The translations under genes were made by a program, and so were the position numbers. The notes beneath the pieces were generated by a model. The model saw only the letters and a program-made list of their open reading frames with translations. It was not told where the DNA came from and did not search any database. A DNA stretch of 64,000 nucleotides from an uncultured Chloroflexia bacterium. GTDB lineage: Bacteria > Chloroflexota > Limnocylindria > Limnocylindrales > CSP1-4. Below are positions 30,639-42,800 of this stretch, piece by piece; positions within the stretch are counted from its first letter, which is position 1, and the number at the start of each line of letters is the position of its first letter. The DNA lies in contig CAWHDR010000001.1 of the NCBI GenBank assembly GCA_963828165.1, positions 2,656,001-2,720,000 on the forward strand, written 5' to 3'.

Positions 30639-32704
30639 TGTCCATCCTGCGGTTCGCGGCGGTCACCCGGGAGATCGGGGCGTTCGTGATCCTCGACGCG
30701 ATCGAGGGCGCGGTCGCGCTCGGGGACCGGATCGGCCTCGTCGGTCCGAACGGCGCGGGCAAGACCACCATGCTCCGACTCGCGGCCGGCAGCGACGAGC
30801 CGGACCGCGGCACGATCGTGCGCAAGCGCAACCTGTCGATCGGCCTGCTGGCGCAGGAGGCGCACTTCGACGCGGCCTTCATGGCTGCCCCCGATCTGCG
30901 CACGGCGGTCCGTACGGGGGCGGCGCACCTGGACGCCATGGCCGAGCAGCTCGCGGCGTACGAGCGTGACGGCCGGGTCGCCCAGTCCGGGTACGCCGAT
31001 CTCCAGCATCGGTTCGACGTGCTTGGCGGATACACGCTGGACCAGCGCGTCGAGGCCACGCTGAGCGGTCTCGGCTTCACGCGTGACGAGTGGGTGCGGC
31101 CGCCGACGGGGCTGTCCGGCGGCGAGCAGACCCGGGCTGCGCTCGCTCGGCTGGTCATCGCCGATCCGGACCTCCTCCTGCTCGATGAACCCACGAACCA
31201 CCTCGACCTCGACGCGCTCGAATGGCTCGAGGAGCATCTCCGTCGCCGGTCGGGGTCCCTCGTGGTCGCGTCGCACGACCGGGCCTTTCTGGATGCGACC
31301 GTCACCCGGGTCTGGGAGCTACGCGACCGACGGCTCACGGCCTTCCGCGGCGATTACAGCGCGTATCACCGGCAGCGCGAGGAACGCGACGCGCGCGCGG
31401 CCAAGGACGCCGGCACGCAGGCCGAGCAGATCGCCCGCGAACAGGAGCTCGTGCAACGGTATCGAAGCCACCGCAAGTTCTCGAAGATGCACGAGCACGA
31501 AGCGCGGCTCGAACGGCTGCAAGCGGACCGGCGAGAGGCGCCGCGCCAGTCGCGGCGGCTCGCACTGCCGCAGTCGGCGCTCGCCGGCGGAGGGCCTGCG
31601 CGATCCGGCGAGATCGCCGTCCGGATCGAGGACCTGGTGATCGGCTACCTACCGGGGCGCGGTGCGGTGCGGCCGGACGGGGACCCCGCGACCGAGCCCC
31701 AGGTGGTCGCCCGTGTGCCGTTCCTGGCCGCCCAGCGTGGTGACCGGATCGGGATCGTCGGGCCGAATGGCGCCGGAAAGACCACGCTCCTGCGGACGAT
31801 CGCCGGCGACCTGCCACCGCTTGACGGGACGCTCACGTTCGGCCACGCCGCCCAGATCGGCTATCTCGCGCAGCTTCGCGGGGCGGCGATCCCGGGCACG
31901 ACGGTGCTCGATGCGCTGCTCGACACGATCCCGGTCACGCCGGGCGAGGCGCGCGCCTATCTGGCGCGCTTCCTGTTCCGGGGCGACGATGCGTTCAAGG
32001 AGGTCCGGGCCCTGTCCGGCGGGGAGCGCTCGCGCCTGGAGCTCGCGCTGCTGGGCATCCAGCCGTCGAACCTGCTGCTGCTCGACGAGCCGACGAACCA
32101 TCTCGACATCCCCGCCCGTGAGGCGATCGAGGCGTTCATGCGCGATTCCGCGGCGACCCTGCTGGTGGTCTCGCATGACCGGCGATTGCTGGAGACGGTA
32201 TGCGACCGGTTGTGGGTCGTCGGGGACGGAGCGGCGACGGCGTTCGACGGTGGGTACAAGGCGTGGCGACAGGCGGTGGCGGGTGGATGGACCGTCGCGG
32301 ATGGGGTCGAGGCGCACCGGGTCCGGGTGCGCCCCGGCGCGGTCGCGACCATCGCTCCTTCATCGCCTGTCGGCGCCGGCAGTCGCTCGAGTCGCGCCGC
32401 CGCCGGGGCGAGCACGGCCGTTGCCGGGACCGTGGCCGCACCCGCGACTGCCCCGCCCTCACGCGCCCGAAGGAAGTTGGAGAAGTTGTCCAAGGATGCG
32501 TATCGGCGCCAGAAGATGGCGTTGGATGCCGAGCTGACGCGGCTGGGATTGCGGAAGAGCCACCTGGAGCTGGCGATGGGCGACCCGGGCGTCGCGGCGA
32601 ACTTCGTCGAGATGCGACGCGTCACGAGCGAGCTTGCCGATGTCGACACGGCGCTCGCAGCCGCGGAGGATGCCTGGCTCCAGCTCGAGGAACGGGCACC
32701 GTGA
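30638..32704 (+). CDS. ABC-F family ATP-binding protein
   Basis: Two GPNGAGKTT/LSGGE/LDEPTNHLD cassettes, no transmembrane segment, C-terminal coiled coil; TGATG coupling to mutM. Confidence 0.93.
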   Translation: MSILRFAAVTREIGAFVILDAIEGAVALGDRIGLVGPNGAGKTTMLRLAAGSDEPDRGTIVRKRNLSIGLLAQEAHFDAAFMAAPDLRTAVRTGAAHLDAMAEQLAAYERDGRVAQSGYADLQHRFDVLGGYTLDQRVEATLSGLGFTRDEWVRPPTGLSGGEQTRAALARLVIADPDLLLLDEPTNHLDLDALEWLEEHLRRRSGSLVVASHDRAFLDATVTRVWELRDRRLTAFRGDYSAYHRQREERDARAAKDAGTQAEQIAREQELVQRYRSHRKFSKMHEHEARLERLQADRREAPRQSRRLALPQSALAGGGPARSGEIAVRIEDLVIGYLPGRGAVRPDGDPATEPQVVARVPFLAAQRGDRIGIVGPNGAGKTTLLRTIAGDLPPLDGTLTFGHAAQIGYLAQLRGAAIPGTTVLDALLDTIPVTPGEARAYLARFLFRGDDAFKEVRALSGGERSRLELALLGIQPSNLLLLDEPTNHLDIPAREAIEAFMRDSAATLLVVSHDRRLLETVCDRLWVVGDGAATAFDGGYKAWRQAVAGGWTVADGVEAHRVRVRPGAVATIAPSSPVGAGSRSSRAAAGASTAVAGTVAAPATAPPSRARRKLEKLSKDAYRRQKMALDAELTRLGLRKSHLELAMGDPGVAANFVEMRRVTSELADVDTALAAAEDAWLQLEERAP

Positions 32705-32756
32705 ATCCTCGGGCCGATGGGGTCGGAGGCCTCCGCCACGGGCGCCGGAGCGTCGC

Positions 32757-33389
32757 GTGACGTCACGCCGTGGAGGCCGGCCCCTGATCATCGGGCTGAC
32801 CGGGCCGATCGCGTGCGGCAAGTCCACGGTGGCGCGCTGGCTGGGCGAGCGTCCCTCGGTCGTCGTCATCGATGCCGATCGCGTGGCGCGCGACGTGCTG
32901 GCCGCGGGTGCCCCCGAAACGATGGCCGTCTACGCGCGATTCGGGGACGAGCTGCGGCGCCCCGACGGGGAGCTTGACCGCGCCGCGCTCGGTCGCATCG
33001 TGTTCACCGACCCGGCCGCCCTGCGCGACCTCGAGGCGATCGTCCATCCCGCGGTCCGGCCGCGCATCCTCGCCGAGGTGGATGCCGCGCGTGCCGCGGG
33101 CGCGGCGGCCGTGGCGATCGAGGCGATCAAGCTGGTTGAGGGCGGGCTCGCGGACCTGTGCGACGAGGTGTGGCTGGTCACCTGCTCACCTGACGTGCAG
33201 CTGGAGCGCCTCGTCGAGCGCGGGACCGCCGCGGACGATGCCCGCTCCCGGATCGCGGCTCAGGGCGACCTCGCGGCGCGTCTGCGACCGGTCGCCACCC
33301 AAGTCATCGATACGAGTGACACGCCGGCATCGACACGCTCCCGGGTCGCCGAGCGGCTGGAGGCAGCCTTGGCCCTGGCTGGAGACTGA
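32757..33389 (+). CDS. coaE: dephospho-CoA kinase
   Basis: IIGLTGPIACGKSTV, IDAD, LDRAALGRIVF, LEAIVHP. Confidence 0.94.
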   Translation: MTSRRGGRPLIIGLTGPIACGKSTVARWLGERPSVVVIDADRVARDVLAAGAPETMAVYARFGDELRRPDGELDRAALGRIVFTDPAALRDLEAIVHPAVRPRILAEVDAARAAGAAAVAIEAIKLVEGGLADLCDEVWLVTCSPDVQLERLVERGTAADDARSRIAAQGDLAARLRPVATQVIDTSDTPASTRSRVAERLEAALALAGD

Positions 33390-33396
33390 ATCGAGC

Positions 33397-33431
33397 GACC
33401 GCCCGGGCCACGCGAGGCGGCCCGGGCGGTC
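33397..33431. terminator. hairpin between convergent coaE and cpaB (bidirectional terminator candidate)
   Basis: 13-bp inverted repeat GACCGCCCGGGCC-N9-GGCCCGGGCGGTC. Confidence 0.6.
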
Positions 33432-33480
33432 TGGAGGCGCGCCGGGTCAGCGGCGCGGAGATGGATTCGGGCGAGGAGGG

Positions 33481-34380
33481 CTAGGGAGACGGGCTGGGCG
33501 ACGTCAGCGGCGTGGCCGTCGGCGTCGGGCCCGGGGTGGCGATCGGCGTCGGCGCGGCGGTCGGCAGCGGCCCCTCGAACGAGGGGTACACGACCGGGAT
33601 CGGTAGCCCGTACCGGATGATCACCTTGTTGGTCGTGGTCCCGAGCAGCGACGCGTCGACCTGGCGCGTATCGACGTCGGGCCGCAGGGCGAGGCTGAAC
33701 GACGACGCCCCGGTGGCCTGCAGGTGCGAGATCTCTTCCGCGACGTCGATCGGCGCCTTGAGGATGTAGGACTGGCCGGCCTTCGCAAGGATCAGCATGT
33801 TCTGGTAGCTGATCTTCGTGGAGCGGTCGGAGTAGTACCCCTCTTCGCCGATCCCGACCTCGGAGTCCGTGAGGACGTTGACGCTGGCGGTCACGAAGAC
33901 GTCCACCGTCTGGTTCGGGGTCAGCAGCCCGCCGACCGCCCGGTCGTCCGGCACCGTCATCGAGATCGCCCGCCAGATCGGCGTTTCGGGCCCGACGGAT
34001 TCGTCGGGACCGAGAACCGAGAACTGGCCACCCTCGGAGCTCGAGGCGAGCAGGTTGGTGGTCACCATCTGCCCGGCCAGGATCGTGACCGCCGGCACCC
34101 GCCCGATCACCCGGTCCGGTGTGGACACGATGCCCTGGGCGTTCGTGGGATCGAGCGGCACCTCGCGAACCTCGAGGTCGGCCGCCTCGATGATCTTGCG
34201 GGCCGGGATGGTCTGCAGGGCGACGACGACCGACACGCGCTGCAGCCCGGCCTGCCCAGCCTGTTGCTGGGCCGTGCTGATCAGATAGAAGGCCGCCGCG
34301 CCCGCGACGATCGCGAGGATGACGCCGATGATCACGATGTAGCGGCCCCGACGACTCGGGTCCTTGTATTCCATCTCCAC
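33481..34380 (-). CDS. cpaB: Flp pilus assembly protein CpaB/RcpC
   Basis: N-terminal TM, SAF domain (VVVALQTIPA...IGRV...ILAGQ), RAISMTV...VGGLL...VDV; Pro/Thr-rich tail. Confidence 0.85.
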   Translation of the reverse strand: MEMEYKDPSRRGRYIVIIGVILAIVAGAAAFYLISTAQQQAGQAGLQRVSVVVALQTIPARKIIEAADLEVREVPLDPTNAQGIVSTPDRVIGRVPAVTILAGQMVTTNLLASSSEGGQFSVLGPDESVGPETPIWRAISMTVPDDRAVGGLLTPNQTVDVFVTASVNVLTDSEVGIGEEGYYSDRSTKISYQNMLILAKAGQSYILKAPIDVAEEISHLQATGASSFSLALRPDVDTRQVDASLLGTTTNKVIIRYGLPIPVVYPSFEGPLPTAAPTPIATPGPTPTATPLTSPSPSP

Positions 34381-34419
34381 GAAGGTGCCTCCGATGTGGG
34401 TTGTGCCGTGCCCGCCCGG

Positions 34420-36358
34420 CTAGTTCCAGGGCACGAGTCGCGCCACCTGACCGCGACGCAACGCGGGATCGTTCATGTCGGCGTACAGGCCGGAGATCGC
34501 GTAGCCATAGACGGCGTTGCTGTCCACGCTGGTGATCCGGAACGTCGCAAAGCCGAGGATGTCGACGTATTCGTTGGAGCTGCTGGCGGTCTGGATCGTC
34601 AGCGTGATCGGCACCAGCCGCGTCACGGGCTGCCCCGCGGAATTGGTGCCCGTGACCCGCAGCGTCAGGGAGTAGACCCCTGGCCCGAGCGTGCCGCCGT
34701 TGACCGAAACGGCGACGTTCTGGCTGGTGCCCTTGTTGAGCGTGACGGACGAAGGGCTGACGCTGACCGTGCCGATGCCTGCGGGCAGAACGCCGTTGTC
34801 GGCCGCACCACCCTCGACGCTCAGGCTGACGTTCCCACCGAAGAAGGTGCCGTTGTTGTTGGTCGTGCTGACCGTGACCGGCGCGCGTGCCGGTCGAGCC
34901 GGTCGTCGCGAGCGACACCGTCGCCCCCGAGCTGGTCGAGAAGTCGCGGTTGACGCTGCCGATGGCGATGCCGACCGGGTAGTAGTGATCGAGCAGGACC
35001 GGATCCGACGAGTGACCCTGGATCCAGACCGTGTAGACGCCTTGCGGGGCGCCGCTGGTCTGGAAGGTGGACCAGACGACAGAGCCGTTCGGTGTCATCG
35101 GACTCGGCGTGAACGTCAGCGGCGCCAGGGTCGTGCCCCACGGGTGGCCGGCGTCGCCCCAGTCCTTGAACGCACTCGTGGCGACGACACCGGTGAACGA
35201 CGCGTTCTTCGTGACGCTCATGGAGATCGAGTTATTGCGGTTCTGATTGGTGTTGATCGTCGCCGTCGTCGCCACCGCGTACGCGAAGTCGGGGATGCTC
35301 TGGACAGTCCCGGAGTACACGGCCGCGAGGATCTCGTCGCCCGGGCTGTAGCGGGCGTCGATCTCGTCGATGATGATCCCGGACGAGTTACCGTCGATGA
35401 TCCCGACCTGGTCGTTCGGGTCGGGCGGGATGGTCACGGGCGGGAAGTCCGGTCCGGGATAGCCGGTGGCGACCCAGCCGGCCTCGATGTCCTTGATCGT
35501 GTTGGCATTCATGCCGGACGTGACGCCGTTGTAGTAGATGTTCGATGGCGGCGATTGGTACTGGAAATTGCGGATGTCGAGCGCCACGAACCCGCGGAAG
35601 CTGGCCGCATTGGACGGAGCCGCTCCCTGGCCGACGAGGGCGATGATCGGTCCGTGGTTGACCGGATCGTTATCCGGGGCGGACGCGTTGAAGGGTGCGC
35701 CGGGGTTCGGAGCCGTGCGGGGACTGGCGTCCGTGGTGCTACCGAGACATGACGTGTTCTCGGTCGCGATCAGGTCCTGGAAGTGGTTCGTGTTCCCGTC
35801 GCACGGCGCGACGGCGCCCGCGTACGGACCCGGCGCGTTGATGTAGTGGCGGACCGCGATCGGCAGCAGGTCGCCCTTCGTCGCGACCCGTGCCTGACCA
35901 CCGACGACCGTGGAGCCGAGTCCCACGACCCGGCCGAAGGTATAGCCGACATCGCTCTTGATCGCGACGCGCACGTTCCCGCTCGAATCGATCAGGATGC
36001 CCGAGATCAGGTAGAGCTCGTCGCCGGGGTGCCCCGTCTCGTACTGCGGTGTCATCGCGACGCTGGCCGTCGTACCGGTGGGGCTGGAGGCCAGGTTGCG
36101 AGCGAGCACGTCACGCCCCTCGGCTTCGGCATCGGTCGCGGTCTCTCCGCGGATGAGCGCATTCGCGACCGCGAGCGCCCCGGAGTCGGCGGCGTTCTGG
36201 AGGAATCGCTTCTCGCTGTAGAACCGGCCGATGTCGAACGCCAGGCCGGCGATGCCCATCAGGGCCACGAGCGAGATCGCGAAGATGACGATGACCTGCC
36301 CATGGGCACGGTCCGGACGACCACGAGCCCGACCATGACCGCGAGCGCGATCGGTCAT
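34420..36358 (-). CDS. TadG-like Flp pilus adhesin/pseudopilin (one frameshift near 34887)
   Basis: Prepilin-like GQVIVIFAI, LAFDIGR...LQNAADSGALA; the reading frame continues after removing one base and ends ...ARLVPWN. Confidence 0.82.
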
Positions 36359-36924
36359 CAGTTGGCGACCATCGTGACTTCCGAGGTCAGCCCGAGGCGG
36401 CCGTTCGCGTCGCGTGGCAGGAGCTGGGCGATGAGCGGGATGATCAGGTCCTGGTGGTAGAGCGCCCGGACGGTGATCTGCTGGCCGACCCGCGGGTCCG
36501 TCTCGGTCACGCCGGCCGGGTTGGAATACGTCACGACGAGGTCGCCGTTGGTGAAGGTCGTCCCACTCTGCGTCCAGGTCGTGGAGGTCGAGAACTGGGG
36601 CGCCGTCTTGGTCAGGAGGTTCATCGACCCGAGGACCCGGTCCTTGATCGCGTTGTTTCGGGCGAGGTCGTTCTGGGACTTGGAGAATCCGGTGTCGTAG
36701 ACGTAGACCGTGCCGAGACGCGCCCCCTCTCGGGTCGCGTTGGTGATGGTCACGTAGGCGTTGAAGATGAACCCGAACTGGATGATCCCGAGGAGGATGA
36801 CGAACAGGGGCATCATCACGAGCGCGAACTCGACCAGGCTCTGCCCGCGCTCGGACGGCCGGAGATCGAGACCGGCGGACCCGGCGGGCGCGAGGGCGGG
36901 ACGGGAACGGCGGACGATGCGCAT
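36358..36924 (-). CDS. tadE: TadE family pseudopilin
   Basis: RGQSLVEFALV...IIQFG...TNATREGARLG; AGGAGG RBS. Confidence 0.9.
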   Translation of the reverse strand: MRIVRRSRPALAPAGSAGLDLRPSERGQSLVEFALVMMPLFVILLGIIQFGFIFNAYVTITNATREGARLGTVYVYDTGFSKSQNDLARNNAIKDRVLGSMNLLTKTAPQFSTSTTWTQSGTTFTNGDLVVTYSNPAGVTETDPRVGQQITVRALYHQDLIIPLIAQLLPRDANGRLGLTSEVTMVAN

Positions 36925-37092
36925 GGGTAGTCGGTCAACCTCCTGTGGCGACGCGGGAAGTGTCCAATCGCATGCCTGATTTCCGGTATCACTCGTTCGT
37001 CCCACCGCGGTCGGCAACGGGGGTACGGGCGCGACCACGGTCGACCATCCGTCTGAGCCGTTGGAGGCAGGCAGCCGCCCAGCGAGACCGAC

Positions 37093-37129
37093 CGAACACC
37101 CGTTCGAAACGGGCCGATTCCGGTACACT
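37093..37129 (+). promoter_or_regulatory. LexA box CGAACACCCGTTCG plus -10 TACACT (leaderless uvrB promoter)
   Basis: GAAC-N4-GTTC at 37094-37105; 18 nt to the -10; 6 nt from the -10 to GTG. Confidence 0.85.
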
Positions 37130-37135
37130 TCGTGC

Positions 37136-39520
<2,385 letters not shown>

Positions 39521-39569
39521 TGTCGGAACGCCGACACGGCGCCACGTACGACCGAACGAAAGTCACGTC

Positions 39570-39597
39570 TTGACACTGCTCGGGTCGGGTCGATACT
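39570..39597 (+). promoter_or_regulatory. sigma-70 promoter TTGACA-N16-GATACT
   Basis: Consensus -35 and near-consensus -10 about 290 nt upstream of the DUF11 gene. Confidence 0.65.
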
Positions 39598-39603
39598 GAC
39601 GTT

Positions 39604-39891
39604 CTCGACCCGGACCACGACGGTCATTCGCGCCCTCGGGGGAGTGGCGCTGGACCACCCGGATCGAACGAGGGGATCGCTGCGGCGATCTCGGGGACGA
39701 GGGGTTTGGGGGATGGGGTTTCGGTCTGCGCGACCGTCACGCGACCTGGTTCGACGTGCATCTCTGCCCGCCATGACCCGCTCGCAACGCACTTGGCCGA
39801 TGCCCATGAGGGCATCGGCTTTCTGTCGTCTTGTCCCTGAGGACAACGCGTAGACAGAGTGCTGCGCCGTCGGCGCGGAGAGGGGTTGGAC
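39604..39891 (+). ncRNA. candidate structured 5' leader (attenuator or riboswitch-like) with a G-quadruplex motif
   Basis: Closing stem GACGGTC(39619)/GACCGTC(39732), internal hairpins, four G-runs at 39693-39718, terminator at 39796-39826; no known family recognised. Confidence 0.4.
39796..39826 (+). terminator. intrinsic terminator within the leader
   Basis: GCCGATGCCC-ATGA-GGGCATCGGC followed by TTTCTGT. Confidence 0.7.
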
Positions 39892-42800
39892 ATGTTCGGT
39901 CGGTCCACACGTCGGTCGTCGATCCGGAGCCGCCTGGCGGCCGGTCTCGGATCAGCGCTCCTGCTGGCCTCGATGTCGGGGACATTCGTCCCCATCGCCG
40001 CGGCCGGGCCCCTGACGATCACGAATACCGACAGCCCTGACCCGGTCCAGTCGGGAAGCCAGATCCTGTACACGATCGTCGTCACCAACACCGGTGGCGC
40101 GAAGGTCAGCAACGTCGTCCTGACCGACCAGATCAACGGGGTCGCCGGCTTCGGCAACCCGCCGCTGCTCGACGTCGTGAGCACGCGCGGCTCGTGCACC
40201 CAAACGAACACCCAGATCACCTGTAACGCCGGCACCATCGAGGGCAACGGCGCCTGGACCGTGACCGTCCGTGGCGTCGTCACTGCCGCCGGCGGGACGA
40301 CGATCAACAACATCGCGACCGTGGTGGCCACCAAGTCGGCCCAGACCTACACGTCGTCGGCTTCGGCGACGACGCAGGTCCAGGGAAGCGGGCCCGGTGG
40401 GCCGAGCCCGGACCTGACGATCGGCAAGAACGGCCCCCTCCAGGTCACCCCGGGCCAGGGGATCACCTACACCCTGACCGTCAACAACCTCGGCAACGGG
40501 AACGCGCTCGGCGTCAAGGTGATCGACACCTTCCCCGCGGGCATCAGCCCGGTAACTGTCAACGCCACCAGCCTGTTCAGCTGCGGGATCTCCGGGCAGA
40601 CGGTGACGTGCATCAACGGGCGAGTGAACGCGGGCTCCAACGCGACGATCACGATCAACGGGACGATCGCCGCGGCCGCGGCCGGGGACCTCGAGAACAC
40701 ATCCGTCGTCGACCCGGATAACACGATCGACGAAGGCATCATCGGCAACACCGCGGACGCCGCGGAACTGAACAACTTCTCGAACACCGTCGTCACCCAC
40801 GTGTCGCCGGTGCCGCCGCCGCCCACCAACGTGATCTTCTTCGACAAGCAGGGACCCGCGACGGCGATCCCCGGGCAGCTGGTCCGGTACACGCTGACCA
40901 TGACCAACGGGACAGTGGGTCGAGCCGACTACATCACCCTGACCGACGGGACGCAGGGCCTGCAGGCGGCCAGCCTGCGCGTCGTCAGCGCCGCGTCGTC
41001 CAGCGGCACGAACCCGATATGCACCGTGGCCGCGCCCACCGTCGAATGCACGATGACACGGCTGGCGACGAACGGGACGCTCGTGGTCGTCATCGAGGGC
41101 ATGGTCGTCGCATCGGCCGGCTCGACGATCATCAACAGCGCCGCCGTGAATGCGAATGTCAAGAACAAGGGCTACACCGAGCGCGATGAGGTCCAGACGA
41201 TCGTCAACGCCGGACGCGACCTGACGATCTCCAAGTCGGATCTGCCAGATCCCGTCTGCGCCCGCTCGTGGCCCGCCGGGGTCAACACGCTCTGTCGCGG
41301 TGGCCTGAGCTACACGTTCGACGTCGGCAACAGCGGCGTCCAGGACGCGCTGAACGTGCTCGTCCGCGACCCGCTGCCGCCAGGCACGACCTACGATGAT
41401 GCCGCCTCGAGCTCACTCTGCAACGAGTCCGGAGGCATCGTCAGTTGCCTCATCCCCAACCTCGGGGCCGGCGCGACGGAGACGATCACCATCGTCCTGG
41501 TGGCTCCTGCGACGCTCGGCACGATCACCAATACCGTGACGGTCGACCCGTTCAACTCGGTCTTCGAAGCCGATGAGACCAACAACATCGCCGTCGAATC
41601 GACGACGATCGTGACCGGCATCGACCTGACCATCGCCAAGGCGGCGTCGCTCGACCCGATCGCCACGAGCGGGACCGAGGTCTACACGATCACCGTCGAC
41701 AACATCGGCACGCAGAACGCCACCGGGATCAAGGTCGTCGACACGCTGCCGGCCGGAGCCACGTTCCTGTCGGCGACGGCGGACAACGGCTTCACCTGTT
41801 CGTACAGCGCCCCGAATGTCACATGCCTGGGCGGCTCCTTGCTCGGCACGGCCAGTGAGCTGTACTTCCCGCCGGCTCCCGGCAATGACACCGCGGTCAT
41901 CACCATCCGGATCTTCGCGCGCCCGACGATCGGCGTCATGCACAACGAGGTGCGGGTCGATCCGGACGGGACGATCGATGAGTTCGACGAGACCAACAAC
42001 ATCGCCACGCTCGACGTCAACGTCGTCAACGGCGGCAGCGGCGAGGGGGCTTTCAACGAGCTCGCCATCGACAAGACCGGACCGGCGTCCGTGTCGACCA
42101 GCGGGATCGTGACCTACACGATCAAGGTCACAAACGACGGCAGCGATCCTGCGGTCAACGTCACGATGCGTGACACCCTGCCTGCCGGATTCGTGTACAT
42201 CGACGCATTCGATACCGTCCTTGGGCCCAATGCGTTCCTGTGCACGCCCGGCGCCGGCAACACGGTCGATTGCACGGGCGCGACCATCACGCCAGGCGCC
42301 GTCGGCCGGACGGTCACGCTGCGCGCCTTCGCCTCGCCGGCCCTTGGCACGTACACCAACCAGGCCATCGTCGATCCGGGCAATCTGATCCCGGAAGGCA
42401 ACGAGACCAACAACGCCGACAACGCGCAGACGAACGTGGTCGTCGCACCGCCGACCTCGTTCATCGACCTGACGATCGAGAAGACGGCGGATCAGCCGAC
42501 CGTTACTCCCGATGGGACCCTGATCTACGAGCTGGAAGTCACGAATCTTGGGACGAATCCGGCCTTCGGCGTCGTCGTCCGCGACACCCTTCCGGCGGGT
42601 GTCACCTTCGTCTCCGCGCGTGACAACACGGGTGGTCTGCCACCGGCCCCACTCGCGCCAGGGTCCTTCAGCTGCACGCACGCGAGCGGCGTCGTGACCT
42701 GCACGGGCGGCACGCTCGATGCGGGCGCCGCCGGCGCCGTCGACTGGATCACCGGGATCGGTTCGGTCCGGACCATCAACGTGACGGTTCGCGCACCGCT

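Noticed and set aside
33260-34880. C-terminal part of the 1032-aa Tad ORF
   Set aside because: It is out-of-frame read-through after the frameshift and overlaps cpaB.
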